From the NCBI GenBank assembly GCA_002269645.1, contig NIVC01003393.1:1-64000 (forward strand): a stretch of DNA of 64,000 bases, read 5' to 3'. A model generated the notes under the pieces. That model saw only the letters and a program-made list of their open reading frames with translations. It searched no databases and was not told the origin of the DNA. The translations under genes and the position numbers were made by a program. Of the stretch, positions 61,990 through 64,000 are shown in pieces. Each line of letters begins with the position of its first letter. The stretch's first letter is position 1. The DNA comes from Macrostomum lignano. Taxonomy: Eukaryota.

Positions 61990-62888
61990 CAGGGAAATCG
62001 GGTGCCAAGAGGCCATGAAAAATCGGGCGCCAACAGACAGTGAGAGATCGGGCGCCAACAGGCCATGAGAAATCGGGCGCCAACAGACAATGAAAAATCG
62101 GGCACCAACAGACAATGAGAAATCGGGCGCCAACAGACAATGAGAAATCGGGCGCCAACTGAAAATGAGAAATCGGGCGCCAACAGACAATGAGAAATCG
62201 GGCGCCAACAGACAATGAGAAATCGGGCGCCAACTGAAAATGAGAAATCGGGCGCCAACTGAAAATGAGAAATCAAGCGCCAACAGACAATGAGAAATCG
62301 GGCGCCAACTGAAAATGAGAAATCGGGCGCCAACTGAAAATGAGAAATCGGGCGCCAACTGAAAATGAGAAATCGGGCGCCAACTGAAAATGAGAAATCG
62401 GGCGCCAACTGAAAATGAGAAATCGGGCGCCAACTGAAAATGAGAAATCGGGCGCCAACTGAAAATGAGAAATCGGGCGCCAACTGAAAATGAGAAATCG
62501 GGCGCCAACTGAAAATGAGAAATCGGGCGCCAACTGAAAATGAGAAATCGGCGCCAACTGAAAATGAGAAATCGGGCGCCAACTGAAAATGAGAAATCGG
62601 GCGCCAACAGACAATGAGAAATCGGGCGCCAACAGACAATGAGAAATCGGGCGCCAAATGAAAATGAGAAATCAGGTGCCAACCAACAGGCCATGAGAAA
62701 CCGGGCACCAACAGACAATGAAAAATCTGGCGCCAACAGACAATGAGAAATCGGGCGCCAACTGAAAATGAGAAATCGGGCGTCAACTGAAAATGAGAAA
62801 TCGGGCGCCAAATGAAAATGAGAAATCGGGCGTCAACTGAAAATGAGAAATCGGGCGCCAACCAACAGGCCATGAGAAATCGGGCGCT
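61990..62888. repeat. 25-bp minisatellite (GAGAAATCGGGCGCCAACTGAAAAT)n
   Basis: About 35 copies with two main variants (ACTGAAAAT / ACAGACAAT). Confidence 0.95.
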
Positions 62889-64000
62889 AATTTTTAAAGT
62901 ATACTGTAGAATCAAGCAAATCTGATTAATCAAACAGAGCCTTTCTTGAAGCGATTCGCAAGAAAAGAAACATTGCTTGATTTTTTTGTCCTTCCTAAAT
63001 CGTCATTTCATTTAAACCTCAACGCAAGAAATACCCTTTGTATTCCTGCCAGTTACTGAAAGTAGTTTTGGAAAATTTTAAAAAGTTAATACTTGTTAGA
63101 ATCGAAGAGTCATAAATGAGTCACGCACAGTTTACCAAGCGCGACCACCAAACGCACAGAGACACAGGAAACTGAGGGGGGGGGAGACTCCAACCAGAAA
63201 TGAAAATCATCCACAATAAAATGTAGCCAAACTCCGATGGCGAGCAGCACAGTCTACAGTTGCTGCCAGGCAGGGACCTGTGTCCCAGAAAGTTCCCACA
63301 CCAGGCTTCCACCACCAGCGCATTTGAAAGAAGAGCGAGAAAACTGGAGGTGAGGAGGGGGGCAACAGAGACGGGGGCTCTCGTTTCACTTTAATCACAG
63401 GCTGGCAAAAGGGGCTACAAGATTGAGGGACAGGAGAGCGAGAGAGGAGAGAGTGGGAAAGAGAGTTGAAGCGCAGTTCCATTCCAGGAAACTCGGAACT
63501 ATACAGTGCCTTCTCAGCATCTCTCGGCATAGGCAGTTGTATCTGCGCGGCGAGGCGGGCCTCGCATTATAAATACAGCCATGCAGACCCAACAGGAGGA
63601 GGTCAAGCTTCGTCCAAGACGCAATAAGCCCAGCTGGTGGCGACTCAAAATCTGTGTGGCTGTCTTTGGTTTTCTAGCTGTATGACCGAAACCGCTTCAA
63701 AACCGCGGGCTCATAAAGCTAGCCTACCAAAGTAGCCACAACAGACTGAGCAGCGTGTCTGAGCAGTTCAACCAGCCAACTTCCGTGTAATTTCCGGTGA
63801 GTAGCTATCAAGCCCGCCCTGTCAACAGCATCCGGGACTGTAGAAGATATTGTGTTAGTTAATTTTCAGGAGTGCCATTGCTCAAGGCACCCTCACACAG
63901 GGTGTACAGCGGCCCAGACTTTCTAGTCGTCGGGCATGTACACTCTCTGTGTCTGAGCCCTCCAAAAAGATGTGGCAGCACGCGAAATCGAACTCTGAGA

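Noticed and set aside
61849-62933. 320/341-aa hydrophobic ORFs
   Set aside because: Translations of the 25-bp array, with no splice or domain support.
4500-63680. Hammerhead ribozyme cores (CTGATGA…GAAA) and a spliced-leader RNA gene
   Set aside because: The CTGATGA hits (about 4505, 6108, 30036, 59698) lie in coding exons or the LINE ORF with no matching stems, and no SL-like sequence was recognised by eye.

Overview
Eukaryotic, intron-rich animal genomic DNA with no prokaryotic features. The GC-rich exons and heavy minisatellite load suggest a flatworm such as Macrostomum; this is inference only. Seven protein-coding genes were reconstructed by hand from GT-AG junctions and reading-frame phase: (1) a PRIP/PLC-like phospholipase C on the minus strand (12111 to 315, continuing off the window, with at least 8 single-base losses); (2) the deneddylase SENP8; (3) an LMO7/LIMCH1-like CH-LIM protein; (4) a single-exon neuropeptide precursor carrying 21 (Q/H)MFRY-type peptides; (5) an SLC25A33/36-type mitochondrial pyrimidine nucleotide carrier; (6) uridine phosphorylase, head-to-head with the carrier; (7) a synaptotagmin-like protein. 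Mobile DNA includes a full-length but frameshifted Mag-type Ty3/Gypsy element with 167-bp LTRs, a BEL/Pao remnant, a heavily CpG-decayed piggyBac transposase, RTE-like LINE fragments, a tRNA-derived CORE-type SINE, and small inverted-repeat elements with telomere-like cores. About 25 tandem arrays occur, mostly in introns. Most long ORFs in the supplied track are artefacts of these arrays.
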